From: Bacteroidota bacterium | GTDB taxonomy: Bacteria > Bacteroidota > Bacteroidia > Chitinophagales > Chitinophagaceae | Reading direction: 5' to 3' | DNA length: 64,000 bases | Assembly (NCBI GenBank): GCA_029555415.1 | Contig: JAKPSI010000067.1 | Span: 18,515 to 82,514, forward strand | In this document: piece after piece, positions 47,135 through 56,848 of the stretch | Numbering within the stretch: the stretch's first letter is position 1 | Layout of the letters: each line of letters opens with the position of its first letter | Translations under genes and position numbers: made by a program | Notes under the pieces: model-generated | The model's input: the letters and a program-made list of their open reading frames with translations, nothing else | What the model was told of the DNA's origin: nothing | Databases searched by the model: none

Positions 47135-47491
47135 TCATAGGAAAACGTCTTCCAGCATAAAGTACTCCGCCTCCCGTCCCTTCATCAGCGTTATCGCCAG
47201 AATATCGTACTGCACCCAGCTGTGTCCCGGGTTCAGGAACAGGAACTGATCGGTGGCGCGTTGCAGGCGTTTGAACTTCTTACGGCTTACATGTTGTTCC
47301 GGGTGTCCGGCGCGGGTGAACCAGCCGGTCTTCACTTCAATGATATGCAGCACGCCGGTTTTCTGTGCGATGATATCGATCTCAAAATAGGAGTAACGCC
47401 AGTTGCGGTGCAGGATAATAAAACCCTGTTGCCTGAGCCAGGCCGTGGCCATTTCTTCACCGAGCTTTCCAAGGTCATTATGATCTGCCAT
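47135..47491 (-). CDS. yraN: YraN-family (UPF0102) endonuclease-fold protein
   Basis: 'GEEMATAWLRQQGFIILHRNWR..EIDIIAQ..HIIEVKTG'. Confidence 0.8.
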   Translation of the reverse strand: MADHNDLGKLGEEMATAWLRQQGFIILHRNWRYSYFEIDIIAQKTGVLHIIEVKTGWFTRAGHPEQHVSRKKFKRLQRATDQFLFLNPGHSWVQYDILAITLMKGREAEYFMLEDVFL

Positions 47492-47530
47492 GACTTATCT
47501 TTACAGTAAGTTAAAACCACCGATCACCAT

Positions 47531-48742
47531 ATGCCCGGTATTTACCACCTGAAAGGAAGTATTAAACACTATGAATGGGGAGGAAAAAACTTCATTCCCG
47601 ATCTGTTGCAACAACCCAATCCCGGTGCCAAACCCTGCGCGGAATACTGGCTGGGGGTTCATCCGCAGGATGATTGCAGGATCATGACCGAGCATGGTGA
47701 ATTATTGCTGAAGGTCTATCTGCGTCAGCATGCGGCCTTACTGGGTGAACAGGTGCAGAAACAATTCGGGCATCTGCCGTATCTGCTGAAAGTGCTGGAT
47801 GTAAAAGATATGCTGTCGATTCAGGTGCACCCCACCAAAACTGAGGCGGAAAAAGGCTTTGCCAGAGAAAATGAACTGGCCATTCCGCTGACAGCACCCA
47901 ACCGGAATTATAAAGATGATAATCATAAACCGGAGCTGATGGTCGCCCTGGGCGATTTCTGGCTGCTGCATGGTTTCCGGCAACCGGGCGAGATCGAAAT
48001 GATGCTGAAGACCATCCCGGAATTTTATCCTTTGCTCACAGTATGGTATCATGAAGGACTGAAAGGTCTGTATGCCCACCTGATGCGGATGCCTCAGGAG
48101 AATGTCAATGAGATCCTTCAACCCTTGTTACAACGCATTCTTCCATTATATGATAGCGGGAAAATGGATAAACATCATCCGGATTTCTGGGCGGCAAGGG
48201 CTGACAGGACCTTCAGCAAGAACGGGCAGGCCGATCGCGGTATCTTCTCTGTATATCTGTTCAACTTGCTGCATCTGACCAAAGGGCAGGGCATTTTTCA
48301 GGATGCCGGATTACCGCATGCTTATCTGGAAGGCCAGAATGTGGAGATCATGGCCAATTCAGATAATGTTCTGCGCGGTGGTTTGACACCGAAACATATC
48401 GATGTGGACGAACTCCTGAAACATGTGGTGTGTACACCAACCACCGTCCGGATCATGGAAGGGAATGGTGTTGCCGGCACGGAAGTTTTATATGCCTGCC
48501 CGGTGCCCGATTTTCAGTTGGGACAGTTCACATTGAACAAGACCCAGACCGCCAGGGTCAGCCCGTTGACCGCAGAGATCCTGCTGCTGCTTTCCGGATC
48601 GGTTTTGGCCGAAGCAGGGGGAAAGCAGGTGACCCTGAAGGCCGGAGAGCCCGCTGCTATTGCGTTTCCGGGGCAGCATGTGATCCTGACGGCTTTGGAA
48701 GACAGCGTCATTTTCAGGGCTTCCGTCCCTGAATTGAGGTGA
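47531..48742 (+). CDS. manA: Mannose-6-phosphate isomerase, class I
   Basis: 'SIQVHPTK' and 'EIMANSDNVLRGGLTPKHIDVDELL' are class I PMI motifs. 403 aa. Confidence 0.8.
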   Translation: MPGIYHLKGSIKHYEWGGKNFIPDLLQQPNPGAKPCAEYWLGVHPQDDCRIMTEHGELLLKVYLRQHAALLGEQVQKQFGHLPYLLKVLDVKDMLSIQVHPTKTEAEKGFARENELAIPLTAPNRNYKDDNHKPELMVALGDFWLLHGFRQPGEIEMMLKTIPEFYPLLTVWYHEGLKGLYAHLMRMPQENVNEILQPLLQRILPLYDSGKMDKHHPDFWAARADRTFSKNGQADRGIFSVYLFNLLHLTKGQGIFQDAGLPHAYLEGQNVEIMANSDNVLRGGLTPKHIDVDELLKHVVCTPTTVRIMEGNGVAGTEVLYACPVPDFQLGQFTLNKTQTARVSPLTAEILLLLSGSVLAEAGGKQVTLKAGEPAAIAFPGQHVILTALEDSVIFRASVPELR

Positions 48743-48837
48743 TATATTCCTTGTTAACAGTCGTGAATAACTTCAAAACCTGTTTGATTCAATTCATCTA
48801 AATTTGTCGTTCCGGTGACCCGGAAAAAGACTTATAT

Positions 48838-49410
48838 ATGAAGCAGAATAAACCAACCTATCTCGTTTTTGCATTACTCATTCTTGCCTCCGCGCTGTAC
48901 CGTGTATGGGACAATCGTCCGCTCGGTTTTGCACCGCAGATCGCCATGGCATTGTTCGCAGGTGCGGTGATCCGCGACCGTAAATTCTCTTTCCTGGTGC
49001 CTTTGATCTCCATGCTCATTTCAGATGCAATTTATGAAGTGCTGTTCCGTAACGGCCTCAGCGATATCAAAGGTTTCTATTCCGGTCAATGGCTGAACTA
49101 TGCATTGTTCACCAGCATCACCTTCATTGGTTTTGCCATCAATAACAAAAAGATCGCCTCCATCTTCGTGGGTTCACTGGCTGGTGTGGCTTTCTTCTTC
49201 ATCGCTTCCAACTTCGCAGTTTGGATCGGCGGCGGATGGGATATCAATAACCTGCCTTATCCCAAAACCTTTTCAGGACTGATGACCTGCTATGCAGAAG
49301 CAGTTCCCTTCCTGAAAGGTAGTCTGTATGCGACCCTCGCATTCGGTGCTGTATTCTTCGGCGGTTACGCCTTCTTTACAAGGAAAAGTCTGGTTAAGGC
49401 CAAAGCCTGA
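48838..49410 (+). CDS. Hypothetical polytopic membrane protein
   Basis: 190 aa, 5-6 hydrophobic segments, no recognisable catalytic motif. Confidence 0.4.
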   Translation: MKQNKPTYLVFALLILASALYRVWDNRPLGFAPQIAMALFAGAVIRDRKFSFLVPLISMLISDAIYEVLFRNGLSDIKGFYSGQWLNYALFTSITFIGFAINNKKIASIFVGSLAGVAFFFIASNFAVWIGGGWDINNLPYPKTFSGLMTCYAEAVPFLKGSLYATLAFGAVFFGGYAFFTRKSLVKAKA

Positions 49411-49428
49411 TCGTTGTATAAAATTTTA

Positions 49429-49468
49429 AAAGCTCCCGGGATTTTATATCCAGGGAGCTTTTTTATTT
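49429..49468 (+). terminator. Rho-independent terminator
   Basis: aagctcccgggattttatatccagggagctttttt. Confidence 0.7.
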
Positions 49469-49519
49469 CGGGAAAAATAATCTTTTAAAAACATCTTCTT
49501 TCACCCAAAACCCAAAACC

Positions 49520-49993
49520 TCAAACCGGGTTCTCAGCTTCATACCCCGCATCCTTCAGCAAATGATGCCCGTCTGCTGCTGCGGTCGCCAGTTCATCACA
49601 CCGGTTATTAAGCGGGTTATCCGCATGCCCCTTCACCCATTTGAATTTGATATGATGGTCCTGCGATAATTCATGATACCGCAACCAGAGATCACTGTTC
49701 TTTTTACCGCCTTTGAAATTGGTGGCGATCCATTTATTGAGCCATTTTTCCGTAACGGCTTTCACAACGTACTGACTGTCGGAATACACCGTAATGTTCA
49801 GTCCTTTTTTCTTCAATGCTTCGAGTCCGGCTATGACCGCCATCAGTTCCATGCGGTTATTGGTCGTGCGGCGGTAGCCCTGCGATAATTCCTTGCGGTG
49901 TTGTCCTGCCAGCAAAATGGTACCGTAACCGCCGGGGCCGGGATTGCCACGGGAAGAGCCGTCCGTATAAATGGTAATAGTGGAGTGGGGCAT
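49520..49993 (-). CDS. rnhA: Ribonuclease HI
   Basis: 'ITIYTDGSSRGNPGPGGYG', 'NNRMELMAVIAGLEAL', 'YSDSQYV', 'WVKGHADNPLNNRCDELA'. Confidence 0.9.
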   Translation of the reverse strand: MPHSTITIYTDGSSRGNPGPGGYGTILLAGQHRKELSQGYRRTTNNRMELMAVIAGLEALKKKGLNITVYSDSQYVVKAVTEKWLNKWIATNFKGGKKNSDLWLRYHELSQDHHIKFKWVKGHADNPLNNRCDELATAAADGHHLLKDAGYEAENPV

Positions 49994-49995
49994 AG

Positions 49996-51645
49996 TTAAA
50001 CCTGGAATACACCGAGTTTCATGTCGGGGGTAAAGGGATTTTGATCGGCCGCATGGATCGCTTCCGCGATCAGCTGCCGGGTTTGAATGGGATCGATGAT
50101 ATCATCCACCCATAAACGCGCGGCAGCGTAGTAGGGGGAGGTTTGCGCATCATAGCGGTCCTTGATCTGTTTGAGTTGTTGTGCTTCATCTTCCGGTGTC
50201 ACTTCTTTTCCTTTGGCTTTCATGGCGGCCACCTGGATCTGCAGTAATGTTTTGGCGGCCTGATCGCCACCCATTACGGCGATCTTCGCGGTCGGCCATG
50301 CAAAGATCAGTCGCGGATCATAGGCTTTGCCACACATGGCATAATTACCCGCGCCATAAGAATTACCGATGATGAAAGTGATCTTGGGTACAACGGAATT
50401 GGCGACAGCATTCACCAGTTTCGCGCCGTCCTTGATGATGCCGGAATGTTCGCTGCGGGAACCGACCATGAAGCCGGTCACGTCCTGCAGGAATACTAAC
50501 GGGATCTTTTTCTGATTACAATTGAGGATGAAGCGGGCGGCCTTATCGGCACTGTCGTTATAGATCACGCCACCCATCTGCATTTCACCTTTCTTGCTCT
50601 TCACGATCTTGCGCTGGTTCGCCACGATCCCAACTGCCCATCCATCCACACGTCCATAGCCACAGATGATGGTCTTACCATAATCCTGCTTGAATTGTTC
50701 GAACACGGAATCATCCACGATGCGTTCGATGATGTCCAGCATGTCGTAAGGCTTTCCATCGGAAGGGAAGAGGCCGTATATTTCTTTCGGATCTTTTTTA
50801 GGAGGCAGGGCTTTGATACGATCGAATCCTGCAGTGGCGGGTTTGCCGAGCATGGAGAACATCTTTTTGATATGGTCCATGCAGGCTTCTTCGGTCGGGA
50901 ATTTATAATCGGCGATGCCGGATATCTCGGTATGGGTAACGGCTCCGCCCAGTGTTTCGTGGTCCATATCTTCCCCGATGGCGGCTTTCACAAGATAAGG
51001 GCCGGCCAGATAGATCGAACCTTTGTTCTCCACCATCAGCGTTTCATCACTCATGATGGGCAGGTAGGCGCCACCGGCCACGCAGGCGCCCATCACCGCG
51101 GCGATCTGTGTGATGCCCATGGCACTCATTTTCGCGTTGTTGCGGAAGATGCGGCCGAAATGTTCTTTATCAGGAAAGATCTCGTCTTGTAAGGGGAGGA
51201 ATACACCGGCACTGTCGACCAGATAAATGACCGGCAGATGATTCTCCATCGCGATCTCCTGTAATCTTAAATTCTTCTTTCCGGTAATGGGGAACCAGGC
51301 GCCGGCTTTCACGGTCTGGTCATTGGCAACGATCACACATTGGCGGCCGCTGACGTATCCGATCCCGGCAACGGTACCACCGGCAGGGCAACCGCCGATC
51401 TCATTGTACATATCATATCCGGCAAAAGCTCCGATCTCGGTAAAAGGTCTGTCCGCGTCAATGAGGTATTCGATGCGTTCGCGGGGCGTGAGTTTCCCTT
51501 TCTCTTTCTGCTTTTCAATGGCTTTCTTTCCCCCGCCTTCATGAATTTTCTCCAGCCGCTGCCGCATGGTGCTGAGCTGCATTTTCATGACGTCTTCGTT
51601 CCGGTTGAATTCAAGGTTCATGGTCAAGGTTTCGTTGTGGAACAA
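49996..51645 (-). CDS. Acyl-CoA carboxylase carboxyltransferase subunit (propionyl-CoA carboxylase beta / methylmalonyl-CoA carboxyltransferase-like)
   Basis: 549 aa. 'GGGKKAIEKQKEKGKLTPRERIEYL' and tandem crotonase-like halves. The true start may be the internal MNLEF. Confidence 0.85.
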   Translation of the reverse strand: MFHNETLTMNLEFNRNEDVMKMQLSTMRQRLEKIHEGGGKKAIEKQKEKGKLTPRERIEYLIDADRPFTEIGAFAGYDMYNEIGGCPAGGTVAGIGYVSGRQCVIVANDQTVKAGAWFPITGKKNLRLQEIAMENHLPVIYLVDSAGVFLPLQDEIFPDKEHFGRIFRNNAKMSAMGITQIAAVMGACVAGGAYLPIMSDETLMVENKGSIYLAGPYLVKAAIGEDMDHETLGGAVTHTEISGIADYKFPTEEACMDHIKKMFSMLGKPATAGFDRIKALPPKKDPKEIYGLFPSDGKPYDMLDIIERIVDDSVFEQFKQDYGKTIICGYGRVDGWAVGIVANQRKIVKSKKGEMQMGGVIYNDSADKAARFILNCNQKKIPLVFLQDVTGFMVGSRSEHSGIIKDGAKLVNAVANSVVPKITFIIGNSYGAGNYAMCGKAYDPRLIFAWPTAKIAVMGGDQAAKTLLQIQVAAMKAKGKEVTPEDEAQQLKQIKDRYDAQTSPYYAAARLWVDDIIDPIQTRQLIAEAIHAADQNPFTPDMKLGVFQV

Positions 51646-51660
51646 AGATAGCAGGTTATT

Positions 51661-51793
51661 GGATAGTTGATAATGGATAATGGAGAATGGAGAATGGAGA
51701 ATGGAGAATGGATAGTTAGGAGGTGATAGGTAAACTCACGTCCTGAACTTCAAAGAAGTGACTACCGGCTAATGACTACAGGCTACCGACTGC
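51661..51793. repeat. Composite intergenic repeat (GGAGAATGG x4 module + GGTGATAGGTAA + GACTACMGGCTA module)
   Basis: ggatagttgataatggataatggagaatggagaatggagaatggagaatggatag .. aggtgataggtaa .. gactaccggctaatgactacaggctaccgact. Confidence 0.85.
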
Positions 51794-51795
51794 TC

Positions 51796-52557
51796 TTACC
51801 GTTGGAGCCATTCCAGGAATTCGGTTGTTTTGTTCTTGCCGATGATGACCTCGTGTTTGGCATCAATATTCAGCCCAACGACCAGTTTACGGGAGAAAGA
51901 CTGTGAGGCATCTGTGACCGATGTTTTGTTGATCAAAAACTGCCGGTTGGCACGGAAAAAGCTATCCCCACAAAGTACTTCCAGTTCATCCAGTGTATGA
52001 TTGACGAAAAACTTCTGATTATTGAACGTATGCAGGGATGTGTTCTTGTACTCGATCGTGAAGAGTGCGATATCGCTGATCTTCACGGGAATGATCTTAT
52101 CCTTTCTGTTCACCAGTAATGATGTGGTTTTTTTATCTCCGGACTCTTGTCCGAATTGCCGCATCACTTCTTCATAATTGATCTGATTATTCCTTGGAAT
52201 ATTGCAGAGCATCCTGAATTTATCAAGTGCCGCACTGACCGTTTGCCGGGAAAACGGTTTGAGGATATAGTCGATACCATTGTTCCGGAAAGCATCCATG
52301 GCATAAACGTCATAAGCGGTGCAGAAAATGACCGGAGCCTGTACGGGTGCCACGCTGAAGATCTCAAAACTATGCCCGTCGCCCAGTTGGATATCACTGA
52401 AGATCAGATCAGGGACGGGGTTTTCACGTAACCACGACTTCGCTTCCGCCACAGAATGCAGCAGGGTTTCGATCCGGATCCAGGGATCTAGGCTTTTCAG
52501 CAAAGCAGCAAGGTCTTCTGCTGTCATTATTTCATCTTCAATGATTACGACTTTCAT
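51796..52557 (-). CDS. LytTR-family two-component response regulator
   Basis: REC domain 'MKVVIIEDEIMTAEDL..D' and C-terminal LytTR DNA-binding domain. Confidence 0.8.
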   Translation of the reverse strand: MKVVIIEDEIMTAEDLAALLKSLDPWIRIETLLHSVAEAKSWLRENPVPDLIFSDIQLGDGHSFEIFSVAPVQAPVIFCTAYDVYAMDAFRNNGIDYILKPFSRQTVSAALDKFRMLCNIPRNNQINYEEVMRQFGQESGDKKTTSLLVNRKDKIIPVKISDIALFTIEYKNTSLHTFNNQKFFVNHTLDELEVLCGDSFFRANRQFLINKTSVTDASQSFSRKLVVGLNIDAKHEVIIGKNKTTEFLEWLQR

Positions 52558-52559
52558 GA

Positions 52560-53609
52560 TCAGAGTGCTTGTATGGTTACTTCGAATGATCCGTTCCCAT
52601 TCCTGATGTCCAGCGCGCGTGCGCCGAGCAGCCGGTAGCGTTCAGTCAGATTGGCCAGACCGGCGCCGCTTTTTTCAGCTGCAATGTTCTTTTGTTGCAG
52701 GTTATTCGTGACGGTTATTGAATCGCCGTTCGTATTTGTACTGATCCTGATGTGTAACGGATTAGTAGTGGTAAGAATATTATGTTTGATCGCGTTCTCC
52801 GTCAGTAATTGAATCGAGTATACAGGTACGGATCTTTCAGCGCGGAAGTGCTCCGGGATGTCTATACTGAACTGTAAGGCGTCACCAAAGCGCATTTGCT
52901 GTAAATGCAGATAATTGATACAGCGCTCCAGCTCCTGAGCAAGCGGTACCAGTGTCTGAGGTTTGATGTTGACAGTTGACCGGAGGATGTCGGAAAGTTT
53001 GATCAGATAGGATTCGGCCTGATCAGGATCCCTGTGTATCAGAGAACGAAGTGTATTGAGCGAATTAAAAAGGAAATGCGGATGCAGTTGCTGTAATAAC
53101 TGGCTGTGCCTCGCTTCAAGGTTGTTGATGCGGAGCTGAATGTTCTCGCTTTCGATCACTTGCTTCCTTTCACGGAGCAAGACCAGTTCCATCAGGATGA
53201 TCACGATGATATTGATGGAAAGTGCCTGTATGAGGGGCATGACAGGTAATGGATCGGAATGATGGAATCCGCCGGGAGGATCACTCATGAGGCCCGGCGG
53301 TTTAATTGGTTGTACAGGATAGAGATAAGTGACCAGCAAGTAAACCAGGATCAAACTGATCAGTGTGCTGAACAGGTATCTGAGCAGGTAATGGCCATGT
53401 CCGGTATTTGTATACATGATCCGGAGCAGGAGGATATTCACGCCCCAGAAGAGCAGGGTGACCAGATATACTACGAGAAATCCGGTTACGATCAATGAAA
53501 ATTCGGGGTTGCCACTGAACATCATGGGTGTAGCACCCAATACCCCGAACAGCGGCGTGGTCAGTATCGCGATCCTGATGATCTTGCTGTATGGGATATT
53601 TATTTGCAT
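52560..53609 (-). CDS. LytS-type sensor histidine kinase (His_kinase PF06580-type, multi-TM sensor)
   Basis: 'HPHFLFNSLNTLRSLI' H-box after 4-5 TM helices. Start trimmed to MQINIPYSK. The longer ORF would overlap the upstream gene by 47 bp. Confidence 0.75.
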   Translation of the reverse strand: MQINIPYSKIIRIAILTTPLFGVLGATPMMFSGNPEFSLIVTGFLVVYLVTLLFWGVNILLLRIMYTNTGHGHYLLRYLFSTLISLILVYLLVTYLYPVQPIKPPGLMSDPPGGFHHSDPLPVMPLIQALSINIIVIILMELVLLRERKQVIESENIQLRINNLEARHSQLLQQLHPHFLFNSLNTLRSLIHRDPDQAESYLIKLSDILRSTVNIKPQTLVPLAQELERCINYLHLQQMRFGDALQFSIDIPEHFRAERSVPVYSIQLLTENAIKHNILTTTNPLHIRISTNTNGDSITVTNNLQQKNIAAEKSGAGLANLTERYRLLGARALDIRNGNGSFEVTIQAL

Positions 53610-53676
53610 CCGGCAAAAATAATCCTGCAGTGTGTTGAAAGGATTTCTCTGTCGCAGGGCTCGACCGAAATTGATG

Positions 53677-54117
53677 TTAAAAATCACCATTGGGTGGGGG
53701 CGGGGGCGGAAAATTTTCCGCATTCTTTTCCGCTATTGCGGGATCCTGCCTGTACCAATGAATGGAAATGTCCATGAACAGCATTCGTTTCAATTTTAAC
53801 TTCAGTTTATCATTGTTTTTTTTATGATACCGTATCGTTACTTTGGTACTGCTGCTGTCCGCTACCGAATGGATGAGGCCTTCCCAGTTCCTTCCATTCC
53901 GGTGTAACTGGCTGATGATCGCGAAGCCAGGTTTGTCTGATGCCCGGCTTGAACGGATCAGCACCGCGGTCAGACCATCCGCCTGTTCCCTGATCTCATA
54001 CTGACGTGTACCGTCTTCTGAGAACCATGTTCCGCTGATCTGTTGTGCATCCAGTTGCGAAGCAGAAGTTGCCATACTTACAAAAAATAAAAGCAGGAGT
54101 GATCTTATCTTTTTCAT
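53677..54117 (-). CDS. Hypothetical secreted protein
   Basis: Signal peptide. 146 aa. Confidence 0.4.
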   Translation of the reverse strand: MKKIRSLLLLFFVSMATSASQLDAQQISGTWFSEDGTRQYEIREQADGLTAVLIRSSRASDKPGFAIISQLHRNGRNWEGLIHSVADSSSTKVTIRYHKKNNDKLKLKLKRMLFMDISIHWYRQDPAIAEKNAENFPPPPPPNGDF

Positions 54118-54136
54118 GTGATCTTTTTGTTTTAAA

Positions 54137-55381
54137 TCAGTTGAATCGCCCGAACTTCTTTGTTCCCACCCAAATGTCTTTCACTGTGATCCCCATCACA
54201 TATTGTGTATAGTTCTCTTTGATCAAGCCAGAGTTGCCTCCGCCTTTTACGCCGAATTCAAGACCTGAGTAAACCGATACACTTCCTGTTGGCCTGAATC
54301 CCGCTCCGAAAGTGAAAGCATGGTCATTCAGCGGAAGGTTGTTAACACGGAGATATGAGCGTTCCGTGTTGAATCCAAGTGCGACATAACTTTTCTCCAG
54401 TAATCCCGCCCATGATTTTCTCCGGAATGAATATTCAAGACCTGCCCCGAGCCGCCAGGCTGGTGCTGTAAAGGAATTCTTGAATGCCAGTTTCTGATAA
54501 TGCCAGTCACTATAGGAGGCTTCGGCAGACAGGGTCAGTTTTTCCGCGTGTACTGCAGAATAGCCCACAGTCGCACTGGCAGGGAGTTTGAACCGCCTCC
54601 CATTGGTGATGGAATTGGTAATGACGGTCCCGCTTTCTGAATATTCACTACTAAGCTGTCCTGATAGTCCTGTACTGATGCTGCCCGTCATACCGAATGT
54701 GTGTTTCCATTTCCTTGCGGAAGCAGTATAGTACTGTAATCCGGCCTGCAGCATTGCTCCGGTGTAGAAATCATGATCGGTCCGGGTGATATCCAGAGAG
54801 ATCACGTCACTGTAATAATTCACGGAACGTTGCAGTGAGCCGAATAGCCAGGATGCAGTGATCCCTGCGGAAAGATGTTTGCCAAGCGACCGGCCGGCAG
54901 ATAAATAGAATTGATTGATACCGCCAGTCCCTTCCGTGAATTTCGAATAGGTCGTGTTGCCGTCCAGGATCTTTGCTTCCGCGCTGAATTTGAAATTGAC
55001 CGAACTGTAAGGTTTCAGACCCATGGCTACACCGGTCTTTTTGTCTGGCTTGAATGCGATACTGATCCTTTTGATGATCAGGTCTTTGGTCAGATCCGTT
55101 TTATCACCACTTGTCAGGGTGAAGATGCTGCTGCGCCCGCGCAATGCCACATCCAGATGCATGGCCTTGAGCGGAAGCGCACTGAGCGAAGCAGGGTTTG
55201 AGAAATTATATGTATGATCATTCCTTCTGCCGGTTGCGGCATTTCCACTGCCTGTGTAACGGCTGTAATCCCTTGTATCAATATCCCCGATACCCAGAAT
55301 GGAGTAGGGAGAAGTTACGTTTTGTGCCGATCCGGAGAGATAGCAAAAGCTCAGGATCGTTATGAGTATCCGTACTTGCAT
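54137..55381 (-). CDS. FadL/TodX/PorV-superfamily outer-membrane beta-barrel protein
   Basis: Trimmed to MQVRILITILSFCYLSGSAQ. 'SPYSILGIGD' and 'NFSNPASLSAL' are the NPA hatch motif. The C-terminal residue is aromatic. Confidence 0.45.
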   Translation of the reverse strand: MQVRILITILSFCYLSGSAQNVTSPYSILGIGDIDTRDYSRYTGSGNAATGRRNDHTYNFSNPASLSALPLKAMHLDVALRGRSSIFTLTSGDKTDLTKDLIIKRISIAFKPDKKTGVAMGLKPYSSVNFKFSAEAKILDGNTTYSKFTEGTGGINQFYLSAGRSLGKHLSAGITASWLFGSLQRSVNYYSDVISLDITRTDHDFYTGAMLQAGLQYYTASARKWKHTFGMTGSISTGLSGQLSSEYSESGTVITNSITNGRRFKLPASATVGYSAVHAEKLTLSAEASYSDWHYQKLAFKNSFTAPAWRLGAGLEYSFRRKSWAGLLEKSYVALGFNTERSYLRVNNLPLNDHAFTFGAGFRPTGSVSVYSGLEFGVKGGGNSGLIKENYTQYVMGITVKDIWVGTKKFGRFN

Positions 55382-55391
55382 GTTCTTTTTT

Positions 55392-56705
55392 TCAGAGTCC
55401 GAGTACATAGAGTTTAAGCTGGATCCCATTGTTCAGATCCTGGTCATTGATCACAAGTCTGTCTAAAGATCCCTCTGAGATCAGGGATGGAGGTACCAGT
55501 AACAGAGCGGATTTTGAAAACACACCTTCACTTATGATCTTTTTGATGAAGCTGGTCACTTCATAGCTGTAGCGGGTATCCGTGCCGTACAGTTTGTCTA
55601 TATAAAGGTTTCCGTTCAGTGCACTCTGCCCGGTCCCATCGGTTACAATGGCCACCGGATAATTACTTTCATCCGTGGTATAAATATTAAGAGCGGATGG
55701 TAAGTGGTAAGGATAACTATAGGTGCCGGGTGTAGGCCTGATCACCAGCTCCGCTTTCAGTATCCGGATATAAGGATGCAGTTCTTTCAAAGAAAGCAGC
55801 GTTGGGAAATTCATTTTGATATACGTCCCCAGGTTGGAATGCAGGAATGAATGATGCGCGGTACTGCTGCTTTCCTTCAATTCTTTTTTTTGGCTGAATA
55901 CACTCAGTGCGGTTGATCCCAGCCCGAACTTCATATAGTTGAATTGCTTCAACGGGTTGATCCTGAAGTCAAGTGTCTTTTCCTGATACACAGTTCCATT
56001 GAGCCGGTAACAGAGCCGCATGATCAGACTGTCGGATGTGATATTGAAATAATACAGTGTCCGGGTCAGATTCGTATCCACCCCGATCCGGAACCCGTTG
56101 AGGTATCTGGTGAATGCAGACTGATCGCGGATCTCCGGAGCATTCGTCTTCAGTTTCTGAAAAAGGTCCAGCCCAAGAACATCTTGCAGCCGGATCGTTA
56201 CTGCGGTATCCTTGCCAGGCCTTATCACGACGGATCTTTCCCCTGCAACCTGGGACTCATAACCGAAGCTGCGGGTGTTGTAATAGTTATTGTTCTCGTC
56301 ATCTGTGTTCCGGATCCGCTCCGTTAATTTGTTCACGATGAAGTGTGCCGGTAATGTCGTGTCACCATAATATCCTTTAGGCTCCAGTACAATCACCAGC
56401 GAATCAAAAAGGACGTTCTGGCCTTGCAGTGGATTTTCAGAAGGAAGACTCAGTTCTGTATAACAAGCCGCTTCCGCATTACCAAAAACAGGATCCCGGT
56501 GGTAACCTGCGGTCATCACACTGTGGCCCGAAGTGATGAAGGAGTCCGTTTTCCAGGTGCTGAGGGTGACCGGAAAATTATCATAATAGACGATATCGGG
56601 GTCGCTCGTATTCGTGTTGTCGGAAAAACTGATATCCGCTTTTGTACAGGATGACACAATAAGCATCAGCGGAAGTACCATGAAGAAGTAGAAAGGATGT
56701 TTCAT
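55392..56705 (-). CDS. Hypothetical lipoprotein (DUF4270-like?)
   Basis: Trimmed to MKHPFYFFMVLPLMLIVSSC (lipobox). About 437 aa. Confidence 0.4.
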   Translation of the reverse strand: MKHPFYFFMVLPLMLIVSSCTKADISFSDNTNTSDPDIVYYDNFPVTLSTWKTDSFITSGHSVMTAGYHRDPVFGNAEAACYTELSLPSENPLQGQNVLFDSLVIVLEPKGYYGDTTLPAHFIVNKLTERIRNTDDENNNYYNTRSFGYESQVAGERSVVIRPGKDTAVTIRLQDVLGLDLFQKLKTNAPEIRDQSAFTRYLNGFRIGVDTNLTRTLYYFNITSDSLIMRLCYRLNGTVYQEKTLDFRINPLKQFNYMKFGLGSTALSVFSQKKELKESSSTAHHSFLHSNLGTYIKMNFPTLLSLKELHPYIRILKAELVIRPTPGTYSYPYHLPSALNIYTTDESNYPVAIVTDGTGQSALNGNLYIDKLYGTDTRYSYEVTSFIKKIISEGVFSKSALLLVPPSLISEGSLDRLVINDQDLNNGIQLKLYVLGL

Positions 56706-56848
56706 CAGCGAAAACAATTGAAAGGATTTTATAAGGGGAGGTAACTGCATTGTGCGTTACCTCCCGGATACCGGCTGTCTACCCTGACCAAAGGTTTACT
56801 GTATGAAACCATGTGCCGGTACTGCTGCCAGGTCCTCCTGGTCCTGGA

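Noticed and set aside
53610-53723. Upstream extension of the histidine-kinase ORF overlapping the preceding gene by 47 bp
   Set aside because: The internal Met start removes the overlap and keeps all TM helices. The extension is Arg/Pro-rich and unlikely to be coding.
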